NCBI GenBank assembly: GCA_014075215.1
Contig: CP046177.1
Span: forward strand, 183,291-247,290
Direction of reading: 5' to 3'
Length of the DNA stretch: 64,000 nucleotides
Origin: Flavobacteriaceae bacterium
GTDB taxonomy: Bacteria; Bacteroidota; Bacteroidia; Flavobacteriales; Flavobacteriaceae
Shown: piece by piece, positions 10,584 through 19,009 of the stretch
Position numbering within the stretch: position 1 is the stretch's first letter
Layout of the letters: each line of letters starts with the position of its first letter
Notes under the pieces: generated by a model
The model's database searches: none
What the model saw: only the letters and a program-made list of their open reading frames with translations
What the model was told of the DNA's origin: nothing
Translations under genes and position numbers: made by a program

Positions 10584-10917
10584 TTAAAAAAGCAGCGAAC
10601 TGCTCTGTCATTCGAGTCCCCTGTGCTACTAAATTCCAATCTCTTTGTACAATTTGTTTGGTCTTCCTATCTAACCATCTACGACGTTTAATGTGAAGAT
10701 ATACTGTGTTGCCTCGTAATGGAAAGTCTTGAATGGTAAGCTCTTTATGAAATCCGTGAGCTATCAAGATACGTTCTGATTCTTCTTTGGGAACTATGTT
10801 ACGTTCTTCAAAATACAAATGCATCACTTCATTTTCAACACTATGTTTTGACAAATCAAAATGTTCAACTAACAACTCTGGTAAAATTAATTTTAGTAAA
10901 TCTATATAAGTATCCAA
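10567..10917 (-). CDS. ISL3-like/ISAon1-type transposase N-terminal-region protein (orfA)
   Basis: 116-aa ORF. LLKLILPELLVEHFDL...RRRRWLDRKTKQIVQRDWNLVAQGTRMTEQFAAFLKEISR* is paralogous to 11664..12017 and 19010..19357. Confidence 0.8.
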   Translation of the reverse strand: MDTYIDLLKLILPELLVEHFDLSKHSVENEVMHLYFEERNIVPKEESERILIAHGFHKELTIQDFPLRGNTVYLHIKRRRWLDRKTKQIVQRDWNLVAQGTRMTEQFAAFLKEISR

Positions 10918-11663
10918 CCTCCTTTTTTTACAAAGATCACAATACTATTTTAAATTCACACACAACTTTTGAGATTGATCCCTTAAAAGCTGTTTTGATA
11001 TCAGGATATCTTTTAAAGAGGATGTTAGCTCTTACTCTTTGATCTTCTGTCCAATTACTTGGTGCTTTGTAGAGTAAGTATCTGCTTCTAGCCAAGAGTT
11101 GCTTTATGGTATCTCCATTTTCTAATATTTCAGGGTAATATTCTTTGTTATTGGTTTTGGCAAGTTTGATCCGTTCATTTTCTGTATCTATGGCTTCCCA
11201 TCGATGTTTGATCCTAATTTCTTGAAGTGCTTCTAGAGCTAGTTTCTGTACATGGAATCTATCGGTTACTTGTATGGCTTTGGGGAAACACCGTTTGGCA
11301 ATCAGCTTCATGGAGTTCGCCATATCTAGGGTAATTTCTCTGACCTTGTTTCTTTTCGCAGATGAGATTTTAAATAGGTGTTTGATAATAGGTTCTGCTT
11401 TGGTAGTAGCTATGATCGCCACAATACTTCCTTTCTTTCCTTTAGCTTTTTTATTGGTAACGATGGTGTAGAGTTCTCCTTTTGATAAGGCTACTTCGTC
11501 GATAGATAATCGAGTTCCTATATTCTCAGGGAAGATCAACCACTCTTTGGCATGAGACTTTTCCTTCCACTGTTTAAACTCACTCAAATAATCTCGATAC
11601 TGCCTTTGGAACTTCTTCCCATTCACGCCATAGATTCTTGCAATGGTTTTGCAATCACTCTTC

Positions 11664-12017
11664 TCAGTATCGACTAATCTCTTTTAAAAAAGCAGCAAAC
11701 TCACCTGTCATGCGAGTTCCCTGAGCTACTAGATTCCAATCTCTTTGAATGATTTGCCTAGTCTCTTTATCTAACCATCTACGTCGCCTTACGTGAAGAT
11801 ACACAGTGTTTCCACGCAAAGGAAAGTCTTCAATAGTAATCTCTTTGTGGAAACCATGAGCAATTACATTAGGATTTATGACTTCTTTAGGAACAACATT
11901 ACGCTCTTCAAAATACAAATGAAGTTCCTCATTTCGATGAGTGTGTCTTACCAAATCAAAATGTTCTACGAGCATCTCAGGTAAGATGAATTTTAAAAGG
12001 TCTAAGGATAATTCCAA
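11664..12017 (-). CDS. ISL3-like/ISAon1-type transposase N-terminal-region protein (orfA, outer copy)
   Basis: 117-aa paralogue of 10567..10917. Confidence 0.8.
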   Translation of the reverse strand: MELSLDLLKFILPEMLVEHFDLVRHTHRNEELHLYFEERNVVPKEVINPNVIAHGFHKEITIEDFPLRGNTVYLHVRRRRWLDKETRQIIQRDWNLVAQGTRMTGEFAAFLKEISRY

Positions 12018-13016
12018 TCTCTGTTTTTTTTTACAAAGATCAAAACTTTAATTCAATCCACACAAAACTTTTGACCCTGATCCCTAATTGCTTCGTTTCA
12101 CTCGCAAAGACACACTTCATTCAATCTTCAATTAACAATTAATCTTCATCTGAACTCACACACAACTTTTGTGACTGATCCATTAAATACTTCTTTTAAA
12201 AAGAAAAGGAGCGGTTTGACCAGTCGTTCAAATTCATCTGAACAAATTTATGACTTAAATACTGATGAAGCTATATATATTGAAAATAATGATGGTACTC
12301 ATCATTCATACACATTTTCCATTGAAACAGAAGATGGGAGTTTTAATATTGAAAACATTGTTTTATCTTCCCGAGAAGATGGAAGTTATAAGGCTTATGA
12401 TTTTGTTTCAGGTTTGGCAAATCATATTAGGGATTTAATTACTAATAATCCGACTTTAAACTCTGGTCAAATAGCAGATTTAATCAGTTTTCCATAAAAT
12501 ATGAAATATTATAAATTAACTTTTAGTAGTAATGTTAAAGAGGTTGGAAAAATACCTCAGAGTGAAGAATGCTTGATGGGAGATATCCAACAAGACTTTA
12601 TTCCCTGGGAAGGAAAAATAGATTTTGATTTTAAACTTCCTGAACCCAATCTTGAAAAAAAACAAAACAGACTTCTTATATTAATGTTGTTGCCATACCT
12701 TCATTCTTTATAGTAATAGATGATGAATTTTTAAACTTTCTTAGAATTTTTAATATTGGAAATTATCAGGATTGGAAAATAAATACTTGGCTTAATAAAA
12801 AAGAGGTAATAGAAAATTACAATTTATTTCTTATAAATGATACAAAACAAGCTGAATATATTGATTTCAAAAAGTCTGAATTCTATTCAAAAAAACTAGG
12901 AGATTGGAACAATTCAAGCATTCAAAAACCTGTATTAGTAAAAGATTATGAAGAATATGTTTTTGAAAAAGAAAAATTAAGAAAAGATAAATTAATGCTA
13001 CTTCATAAAAAAGTTA

Positions 13017-14008
13017 ATTGATTACACTTAATTATGCCACTAATTTAAAAATTCGTATCTTAATATAAAGTTTAGAATTATGAATTTACTACATTTTATT
13101 GAACAATTTCCAGATGAGTTTTCCTGTAAATCACATATGAAGTTGGCTCGTTCAAAAGAAGGAGTCATTTGCAAAAAATGTCAATCAAAAAAGCACTATT
13201 GGTTAAAGTCTAAATGGATGTGGCAATGTTCTTATTGTGGTTTTAGAACTACTCTACGCAGCGGTACTATGATGGAGAACTCCAATTTACCTATTCGTAC
13301 TTGGTATCTCGCTATGGCATTTATGACTTTTAGTAAAAAAGGTATTTCTGCTGCCGAATTACAACGTCAGCTCAACCATACACGTTATACCACTATATGG
13401 TCTCTTATGCACAGAATACGTTCGGCTATGGGAAAACGAGATAATTTATACGACCTTGAAGATATGATTGAGTTTGATCAAGCTTACTTTACTGTGGCAA
13501 CAAAAGAATCCGACAGACAAAAGCTTAAAATAGGCAGAGGCAGTCAAAAACAATCTAACGTAGCGGTAATGGCAGAGTCTGTACCTTTAGAAGATTTAAA
13601 GACTGGGAAACAATCCAAACAATGTCGTTATTTTAAAATGAAAGTTTTGGATACTCATAAAAAAGAAGAAGTCAACACGCTTATTGATAGTAATTTTGAT
13701 GATACATGCATTGTTTTTAGCGACAAAAGCACGTCTTATGTAGACATAGGTGATTATGTGGAAGTACACATTACTGAAAAATCAAATAAAGAAACCACTA
13801 TTACCACACTAAAATCGGTGCATATAGCCATAAGTAATGCAAAACGCACTCTGTTAGGTATTTACCATAAAATTAAAGGAAAATATTTGCAGAATTATCT
13901 TGACGAGTTCTGCTATAAACTCAACAGACGCTATTTCGCTGAAAGACTATTTGATAGACTGGTAGTAGCTGTCACTCATCAATACTGGTATAAAAGTGGG
14001 TAATCAAT
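13017..14008 (+). mobile_element. IS1595-family element (992 bp)
   Basis: Inverted ends ATTGATTAC(A)C... and ...GGGTAATCAAT. The 8-bp duplication AAAAGTTA lies at 13009-13016 and 14009-14016. Confidence 0.85.
13080..14003 (+). CDS. IS1595-family transposase
   Basis: 307-aa ORF with an N-terminal zinc-ribbon (CKSH...CKKCQ...CSYCGF). The remainder is an ISXO2-like DDE region. The stop codon lies inside the right inverted repeat. Confidence 0.8.
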   Translation: MNLLHFIEQFPDEFSCKSHMKLARSKEGVICKKCQSKKHYWLKSKWMWQCSYCGFRTTLRSGTMMENSNLPIRTWYLAMAFMTFSKKGISAAELQRQLNHTRYTTIWSLMHRIRSAMGKRDNLYDLEDMIEFDQAYFTVATKESDRQKLKIGRGSQKQSNVAVMAESVPLEDLKTGKQSKQCRYFKMKVLDTHKKEEVNTLIDSNFDDTCIVFSDKSTSYVDIGDYVEVHITEKSNKETTITTLKSVHIAISNAKRTLLGIYHKIKGKYLQNYLDEFCYKLNRRYFAERLFDRLVVAVTHQYWYKSG

Positions 14009-14183
14009 AAAAGTTATTTTAGATTTAAGAAAAACAAGTGAAGATATGTTTAGAATAATCAATGCTCCACCCGGAGGTTATTTTGTGTCTGAAAAACTTA
14101 AAAATGCAATTGAAGAACATGACTTTACTGGAATGGAATTTAAAAAAATAAGTAACTTAGATAAAGTTGAAGTGATTTATTAA

Positions 14184-14295
14184 TACTGGCTACAACAACG
14201 TATAAGCATAATAAGGGTTTAAATAAAAAACTAAATGCAGTTTTGTTACTTGTAAAAGTAGTTTCTAAACCGAAAATAGTAGAGTACAAAACCGA
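14184..14295. repeat. Cassette-end repeat, copy 2 (hairpin 14241-14250/14283-14291 with conserved ~32-nt loop)
   Basis: It starts directly after the Imm11-like stop codon. It has the same block order as 7579..7700. The stem TTTTGT(T)ACT/AGTACAAAA differs from copy 1 at three positions, each compensated. Confidence 0.6.
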
Positions 14296-14319
14296 AGTAT
14301 ACCATTAAATAAGAATCAT

Positions 14320-15099
14320 ATGAAGGTACTGACAATGGCAGAAATGAAAGCTCAGGGAAAACAACCGGAAGTATTGTTTTGGGTAGGTTCTGCAGGTAGT
14401 TATGATGATAGAGCAAAGAAAATTACAAGAGCTTTTGTAAAAGTGTTGCATACGGCCCGTGTAGATTTTGCAGTTTTGGGAACCGAAGAAAGCTCAACAG
14501 GGGATGCGGCAAAGAGAGCAGGAAATGAGTTTTTATTTCAAATGCAGGCAATGGCAAATATAGAGGTTTTAAATGCTTATGGGGTGAAAACGATAGTAAC
14601 TGCAGACCCTCATTCATTTAATACCTTAAAAAATGAATATCCGGGTTTGGGAGGAAAATATAAAGTATATCATCATACACAGTATATTAAAAAATTAATA
14701 GATGAAGGTAGACTTTCTCCGGATAGTGTTACCCTAAAAGGAAAAAGAGTGACGTTTCACGATCCCTGCTATTTGGGAAGAGGAAACGGAGAATATGAAT
14801 CTCCTCGGGACATTATTAAAAAACTGGGAGTGAATTTAATTGAAATGAAACGTACTAAAAGTAAGGCGCTATGCTGTGGTGCCGGAGGAGCACAAATGTT
14901 TAAAGAGCCCGAAAAAGGGATTATGGATATCAATATCTTAAGAACTCAGGACGCATTGGAAACAACCCCTGATATTATTGCTACAGGATGCCCCTACTGT
15001 AATACAATGATGACAGACGGAGTTAAATTCAATGAGAAAGAGAATCACATCTTAGTAAAAGATGTTGCAGAGCTAATTGCCGAAGCTAATCATTTATAA
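14320..15099 (+). CDS. (Fe-S)-binding protein with cysteine-rich CCG domains (partner of 5132..6445)
   Basis: 259-aa ORF with VTADPHSFNTL, FHDPCYLGRGNG, LCCGAGG and GCPYCNTM (CCG-type motifs). Confidence 0.8.
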   Translation: MKVLTMAEMKAQGKQPEVLFWVGSAGSYDDRAKKITRAFVKVLHTARVDFAVLGTEESSTGDAAKRAGNEFLFQMQAMANIEVLNAYGVKTIVTADPHSFNTLKNEYPGLGGKYKVYHHTQYIKKLIDEGRLSPDSVTLKGKRVTFHDPCYLGRGNGEYESPRDIIKKLGVNLIEMKRTKSKALCCGAGGAQMFKEPEKGIMDINILRTQDALETTPDIIATGCPYCNTMMTDGVKFNEKENHILVKDVAELIAEANHL

Positions 15100-15109
15100 T
15101 CGTTATAAA

Positions 15110-15697
15110 ATGCCATACATTAAAGAAGAGGACTTAGTAAAGTTACATTCAGAATTAGACCAGTCAGAAAAGGAGAGAAAAAAATTAAAAAAGGGGTTTA
15201 TCGACTTAAAATTAAAGTCTAATAAAGCGTTCAAGCAAAACAAAAATGAAAAATGGATACTTCTTTTAGTGTTCATTGCATTTATTATTGCTATCGTGTT
15301 CTTGTATATGAATCATACGGAAACAAAAAAGCAAGCTAAAAAAGCTAGCCATCAAACTACTCTTTTATTAGATAGTATTCAGAAATTATCTGCTCAAGAT
15401 CCCGAGGAAATAGATTCGGATGTGATTTATTTTGTTCAGTTGGGAGTTTATAGAAATTTAGATTTGGAATTTGATCCCGAGCAAGTTACCAATTTTAAAG
15501 AACTGGAAAAAGACGGCTTGAAAACGTATTTAATAGGCTCGTTTTTAACATATAACACCGCTCGTAAATTTAAAAACGAAATAAAAAAAATAGGGCTAAA
15601 AGATGCTTTTCTGGTAGCATATAATAAAAATAAAGACAGGATACACATTAAGGAAGCACTGGTACTCAGTAATGAAGAAGAATATATTAAAGATTAA
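15110..15697 (+). CDS. SPOR-domain membrane protein
   Basis: Track ORF 15077..15697. I prefer the ATG at 15110, after the upstream stop. It has one TM helix (WILLLVFIAFIIAIVFLY) and a C-terminal YFVQLGVYRN...ARKFKNEIKKIGLKDAFLVAY (SPOR-like). Confidence 0.6.
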   Translation: MPYIKEEDLVKLHSELDQSEKERKKLKKGFIDLKLKSNKAFKQNKNEKWILLLVFIAFIIAIVFLYMNHTETKKQAKKASHQTTLLLDSIQKLSAQDPEEIDSDVIYFVQLGVYRNLDLEFDPEQVTNFKELEKDGLKTYLIGSFLTYNTARKFKNEIKKIGLKDAFLVAYNKNKDRIHIKEALVLSNEEEYIKD

Positions 15698-15717
15698 TGC
15701 CTTAACAATAAAAGGCC

Positions 15718-16644
15718 ATGCTAAAAAACTATCTCAAAGCTGCCAGATTAAGAACCCTGCCATTGTCAATAGCCGGAATTATAGTCGGATCTATACTTGG
15801 GAATCACGATATATATGCCCCGTCTCATACAAGTGTTAAAACACCTGTTTGGGAATCGTTACTTTTTTGGCTAGCTATACTAACCACGATTGGTTTTCAG
15901 ATACTTTCCAATTTTGCAAATGACTATGGTGATGGTATTAAAGGAACAGACAATCATAGAGAGGGAGAAGAACGTCTGGTAGCTTCGGGAACCGTCACAC
16001 CCAAACAAATGAAACGGGCAATAATAGTAACCGCTATTCTTACCATAAGTATTGCTTTATGGCTAATTTATACAGCTTTTGGTAAAAATAATTTTGAGCA
16101 TTTCATGCTCTTTTTCTTACTGGGAATAGCAGCTATGGTAGCAGCCATTAAATATACGATAGGAAAATCTGCCTATGGATACAGTGGTTACGGAGACTTG
16201 TTTGTTTTTTTATTTTTTGGTTTGTTAAGTGTAGCAGGAAGCTATTTCTTATTTGCAAAGGAATTAACGTACACTATTTTTTTGCCTGCGTTTTCTGTCG
16301 GACTGTTAAGTGTGGCAGTATTAAACTTAAATAATATGCGAGACAGAAACAACGATCAATTAGCAGGAAAAAATACACTGGTGGTAAAGATGGGACCGGA
16401 ATTAGCAAAATACTATCACTATTACCTGCTTATAGCCTCCCTGCTATTTGCTTTATTATATACGGCTATTCAATATCAAAATCCAAAACAGTTTTTATTT
16501 TTAATTGCTTATATTCCATTAACTGTACATTTCATATTTGTAATAAGAAATAAAGAAGAAAAACGATTAGACGGAGAATTAAAAAAAGTGGCTTTGAGTA
16601 CTTTTTTATTTGCAATCCTTTTTGGATTAGGCCAGGTTTTGTAA
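15718..16644 (+). CDS. menA: 1,4-dihydroxy-2-naphthoate polyprenyltransferase
   Basis: 308-aa polytopic UbiA-family ORF with NDYGDGIKGTD and NNMRDRNNDQLAGKNT motifs. Confidence 0.85.
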   Translation: MLKNYLKAARLRTLPLSIAGIIVGSILGNHDIYAPSHTSVKTPVWESLLFWLAILTTIGFQILSNFANDYGDGIKGTDNHREGEERLVASGTVTPKQMKRAIIVTAILTISIALWLIYTAFGKNNFEHFMLFFLLGIAAMVAAIKYTIGKSAYGYSGYGDLFVFLFFGLLSVAGSYFLFAKELTYTIFLPAFSVGLLSVAVLNLNNMRDRNNDQLAGKNTLVVKMGPELAKYYHYYLLIASLLFALLYTAIQYQNPKQFLFLIAYIPLTVHFIFVIRNKEEKRLDGELKKVALSTFLFAILFGLGQVL

Positions 16645-16668
16645 CTTTAGAATGCTAAAAATGAGTCC

Positions 16669-17188
16669 ATGAAGACAATAAAAATAATCTTAGGGGTTAT
16701 TATTTTCTTATCAATCGTTTTTTTTTGCAACGGGTCTGATAGTCAAAGAGATTCATTATACGACACAAATAGCAGTCAACAAGCCATTGAATGAGACCTT
16801 TACCATGTTTAACGATACATCTGCTTTGAAAGCGTGGATACCGGAATTGAAAAGCATAGAAATACTAGAAGAAAAACCGGGAAAAACCGGTAGTCGATAT
16901 AAAGTAGTTGTATTAGATGGAAACGGAAATGACATTACTATGGAAGAAAAAGTTCTTGCCTATATAGCAAATGGGAAAGTTACGTTTCAATTCGATTCCC
17001 GGGGAATGTTAAAAACAGACGATTATACATTTACATCCGAAGAAAATAAAACGGTCATTAAAAAAAATACTACTTGCAGGAGTACTTCCTATATTTTTAG
17101 TTGTATGATGCCCTATTTTAAAGGAGTATTTAAAAACATAGATCAAGAATATTTAACTAATTTTAAGGCATATGCCGAAAAACAATAG
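16669..17188 (+). pseudogene. SRPBCC/START-like family protein, frameshifted in a T9 run as sequenced
   Basis: ATG at 16669 gives MKTIKIILGVIIFLSIVFF, then a stop after the T9 run at 16718-16726. With T8 the frame reads ...IVFFATGLIVKEIHYTTQIAVNKPLNETFTMFND and merges with track ORF 16787..17188. Confidence 0.6.
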
Positions 17189-17190
17189 AT

Positions 17191-17580
17191 ATGGACATTA
17201 ATATGGTGAGTTGGTTCGAAATTCCGGTGAATGATATGGATCGCGCAAAAAAATTCTATGAATCAGTATTTCAGGTGGAGCTATCCATAAACGATTTCGG
17301 AGGCATTTTAATGGGTTGGTTTCCTCCGGCAGAAGACATTACGGTGTTGGGAATCAGTGGTTCCTTAGTAAAACATGAAACCGAATACATCCCCTCTGCA
17401 ACACATGGGGCGCTAGTATACTTTAATTCGCAATCCGGAGATATAGACAATGAATTAAGCAGAGTAGAATCGGCAGGAGGACGTATTTTAAAACCGAAAA
17501 CATTGATTTCCAATGAAATTGGTTATATGGCTGTCATCCTGGATACCGAAGGAAACAGAATAGCATTGTACAATAAATAA
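17191..17580 (+). CDS. VOC (glyoxalase/bleomycin-resistance) family protein
   Basis: 129-aa ORF with WFEIPVNDMDRAKKFYESVF and a C-terminal GYMAVILDTEGNRIAL. Confidence 0.75.
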   Translation: MDINMVSWFEIPVNDMDRAKKFYESVFQVELSINDFGGILMGWFPPAEDITVLGISGSLVKHETEYIPSATHGALVYFNSQSGDIDNELSRVESAGGRILKPKTLISNEIGYMAVILDTEGNRIALYNK

Positions 17581-18641
17581 TGTTGATTGCTGCCAGTTAT
17601 AAAAAATATACACTGCACTTCAAAATTCCCGGTGGCACTTCAAGAGGAGTACTCACCACCAAAGAAACCTGGTTTATCATCTTGGAGAAACAAGGTAAAA
17701 AAGGAATTGGCGAATGTGGAATCCTCAGAACATTAAGTATAGATGACAGACCTGACTATGAAGCTACATTACAATGGGTTTGTAACAACATCCATATCGG
17801 ATTGGAAGAGTTATTGGAAGAAACCACAGCATTTCCCAGCATCCAGTTTGGTTTGGAACAAGCTTTTTTATCGTTACAAAGCCACCCTACACCCTTTACA
17901 CTGTTCCCTTCTGATTTTACAAGAGGGAAAGATACCATCCCTACCAACGGATTGATCTGGATGGGAGACAAAGCCTATATGAAATCTCAAATAAAAGAAA
18001 AATTAAATGCGGGATTCTCATGTATTAAGATGAAAATAGGAGCTATTGATTTTGATACGGAGTTGTCATTGCTGACATCCATAAGAAAAGAATACACATC
18101 TGGCGACATAGAATTGCGGGTAGATGCTAACGGAGCATTTCAACCGAAAAACGCTTTGGAAAAATTAAAAAAACTCTCGGAATTTGACTTGCATTCCATA
18201 GAACAACCTATTGCGGCAAACCAATTGGAAGAAATGGCGCTACTATGTGAAAAATCGCCGTTAGCCATTGCTTTAGATGAAGAATTAATAGGCGTTTTTT
18301 CCGTAACAAAAAAGAAAAAAATACTACAAACCATAAGACCACAATATATTATTTTAAAACCTAGTTTAATAGGGGGATATAAAGGAAGCATCGAATGGAT
18401 CACATGGGCTGAAAAGCAGCAAATCAAATGGTGGGTTACAAGTGCCCTGGAAAGCAATGTAGGGCTAAACGCCATTGCGCAATGGACCTATACTCTAAAA
18501 ACAAATATGCCACAAGGACTGGGAACAGGCAACTTATTTACTAATAATATAGAAAGCCCGTTAGAAGTAAAAAACGGAGTACTAAGGCACCATATAACAC
18601 GAAGTTGGAATTTTAATATAGGATGTTATGTTTCATACTGA
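17580..18641 (+). CDS. menC: o-succinylbenzoate synthase (enolase superfamily)
   Basis: 353-aa ORF with KMKIG, LRVDANGAF, IEQP and ALDEEL (enolase-superfamily metal-ligand pattern). The menA neighbourhood supports the call. Confidence 0.65.
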   Translation: MLIAASYKKYTLHFKIPGGTSRGVLTTKETWFIILEKQGKKGIGECGILRTLSIDDRPDYEATLQWVCNNIHIGLEELLEETTAFPSIQFGLEQAFLSLQSHPTPFTLFPSDFTRGKDTIPTNGLIWMGDKAYMKSQIKEKLNAGFSCIKMKIGAIDFDTELSLLTSIRKEYTSGDIELRVDANGAFQPKNALEKLKKLSEFDLHSIEQPIAANQLEEMALLCEKSPLAIALDEELIGVFSVTKKKKILQTIRPQYIILKPSLIGGYKGSIEWITWAEKQQIKWWVTSALESNVGLNAIAQWTYTLKTNMPQGLGTGNLFTNNIESPLEVKNGVLRHHITRSWNFNIGCYVSY

Positions 18642-19009
18642 CCTACCACACAAACAGCACATTTGGTTTTTCTCCGGTGCTAAATGACAATTAATCCGAT
18701 AATATTTTTATTTTTGACAAAAATTGACAAAATATGTTGGACACATTTGTTTCAATTGGTGACACTCTAAAAGAAATAAGAGAAACCAAAGGTTTTCATC
18801 TTCAAGAAGTTGCTAAAAAAACGGCTATAAATTATACGATATTGAGTCGAATTGAAACAGGAAAGCGACTTCCGACCAAACCCCAAGTTCAAAATTTAGC
18901 CACTTTTTATAACTACAGTGAAGGGGAGCTAATAAAACATCTAATTAGGGATCAAGCAAAAAGTTTGTGGAGTAGGTTAATTTTTTAGAGTTTTGGTTTA
19001 AAAACTCAA

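Larger units (their letters stand above)
9568..10981 (-). mobile_element. Inner ISL3-like (ISAon1-type) element inserted into the outer copy
   Basis: Ends are GGATCAAGACTAATTGTTGTGT... and ...CACACACAACTTTTGAGATTGATCC. It is flanked by the 8-bp duplication CTTAAAAG (9560-9567 and 10982-10989). Confidence 0.8.
8007..11626 (-). pseudogene. Outer-copy ISL3-like orfB, split into three pieces by the inner ISL3-like copy and by IS3
   Basis: The pieces are 10990..11626 (MNGKKFQ...YPDIKTAFK), 9515..9559 (LVQGLRNIFNTANSI) and 8007..8255 (QVAYTKLAHWYKDVEQ...FFLYRLTTIFA*). After removing the inserts and one copy of each duplication, they join in frame. Confidence 0.75.
7985..12180 (-). mobile_element. 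Outer ISL3-like (ISAon1-type) element, itself interrupted by IS3 and by a second ISL3-like copy
   Basis: Terminal GGATCAAGAC... lies at 7985 and ...GTGACTGATCC ends at 12180. The element is flanked by the 8-bp direct repeat ATTAAATA. A second internal end (...TTTTGACCCTGATCC) at 12083 suggests an older composite or recombined structure. Confidence 0.65.
7780..12497 (+). pseudogene. Lipoprotein gene interrupted by a 4.2-kb IS nest (exons 7780..7984 and 12181..12497)
   Basis: MKTRINQLIKIGILTFGISLFFFTACQTEN has a lipobox. The frame runs ...LSKLN then hits the IS end at 7985. After the 8-bp duplication ATTAAATA (7977-7984 and 12181-12188) the same frame resumes as TSFKKKRSG...ISFP*. Confidence 0.75.
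12501..14183 (+). pseudogene. DUF1629/Imm11-like immunity-type protein gene, frameshifted and interrupted by IS1595
   Basis: The N-terminus MKYYKL...IDFDFKLPEPNLEKK loses frame in the A8 run at 12655-12662; A9 would give ...LEKKTKQTSYINVVAIPSFFIVIDDEFLNF.... The frame continues to ...LMLLHKKV, is broken by the IS at 13017..14008, then resumes ILDLRKTSEDMFRIINAPPGGYFVSEKLKNAIEEHDFTGMEFKKI...*. The family assignment is from recalled sequence patterns. Confidence 0.55.

Noticed and set aside
12084-12149. 66-bp segment between the two ISL3-like left ends
   Set aside because: I could not assign it. It has no ORF and no similarity that I could see to the other copies' internal sequence. I mention it only as part of the composite-end interpretation.
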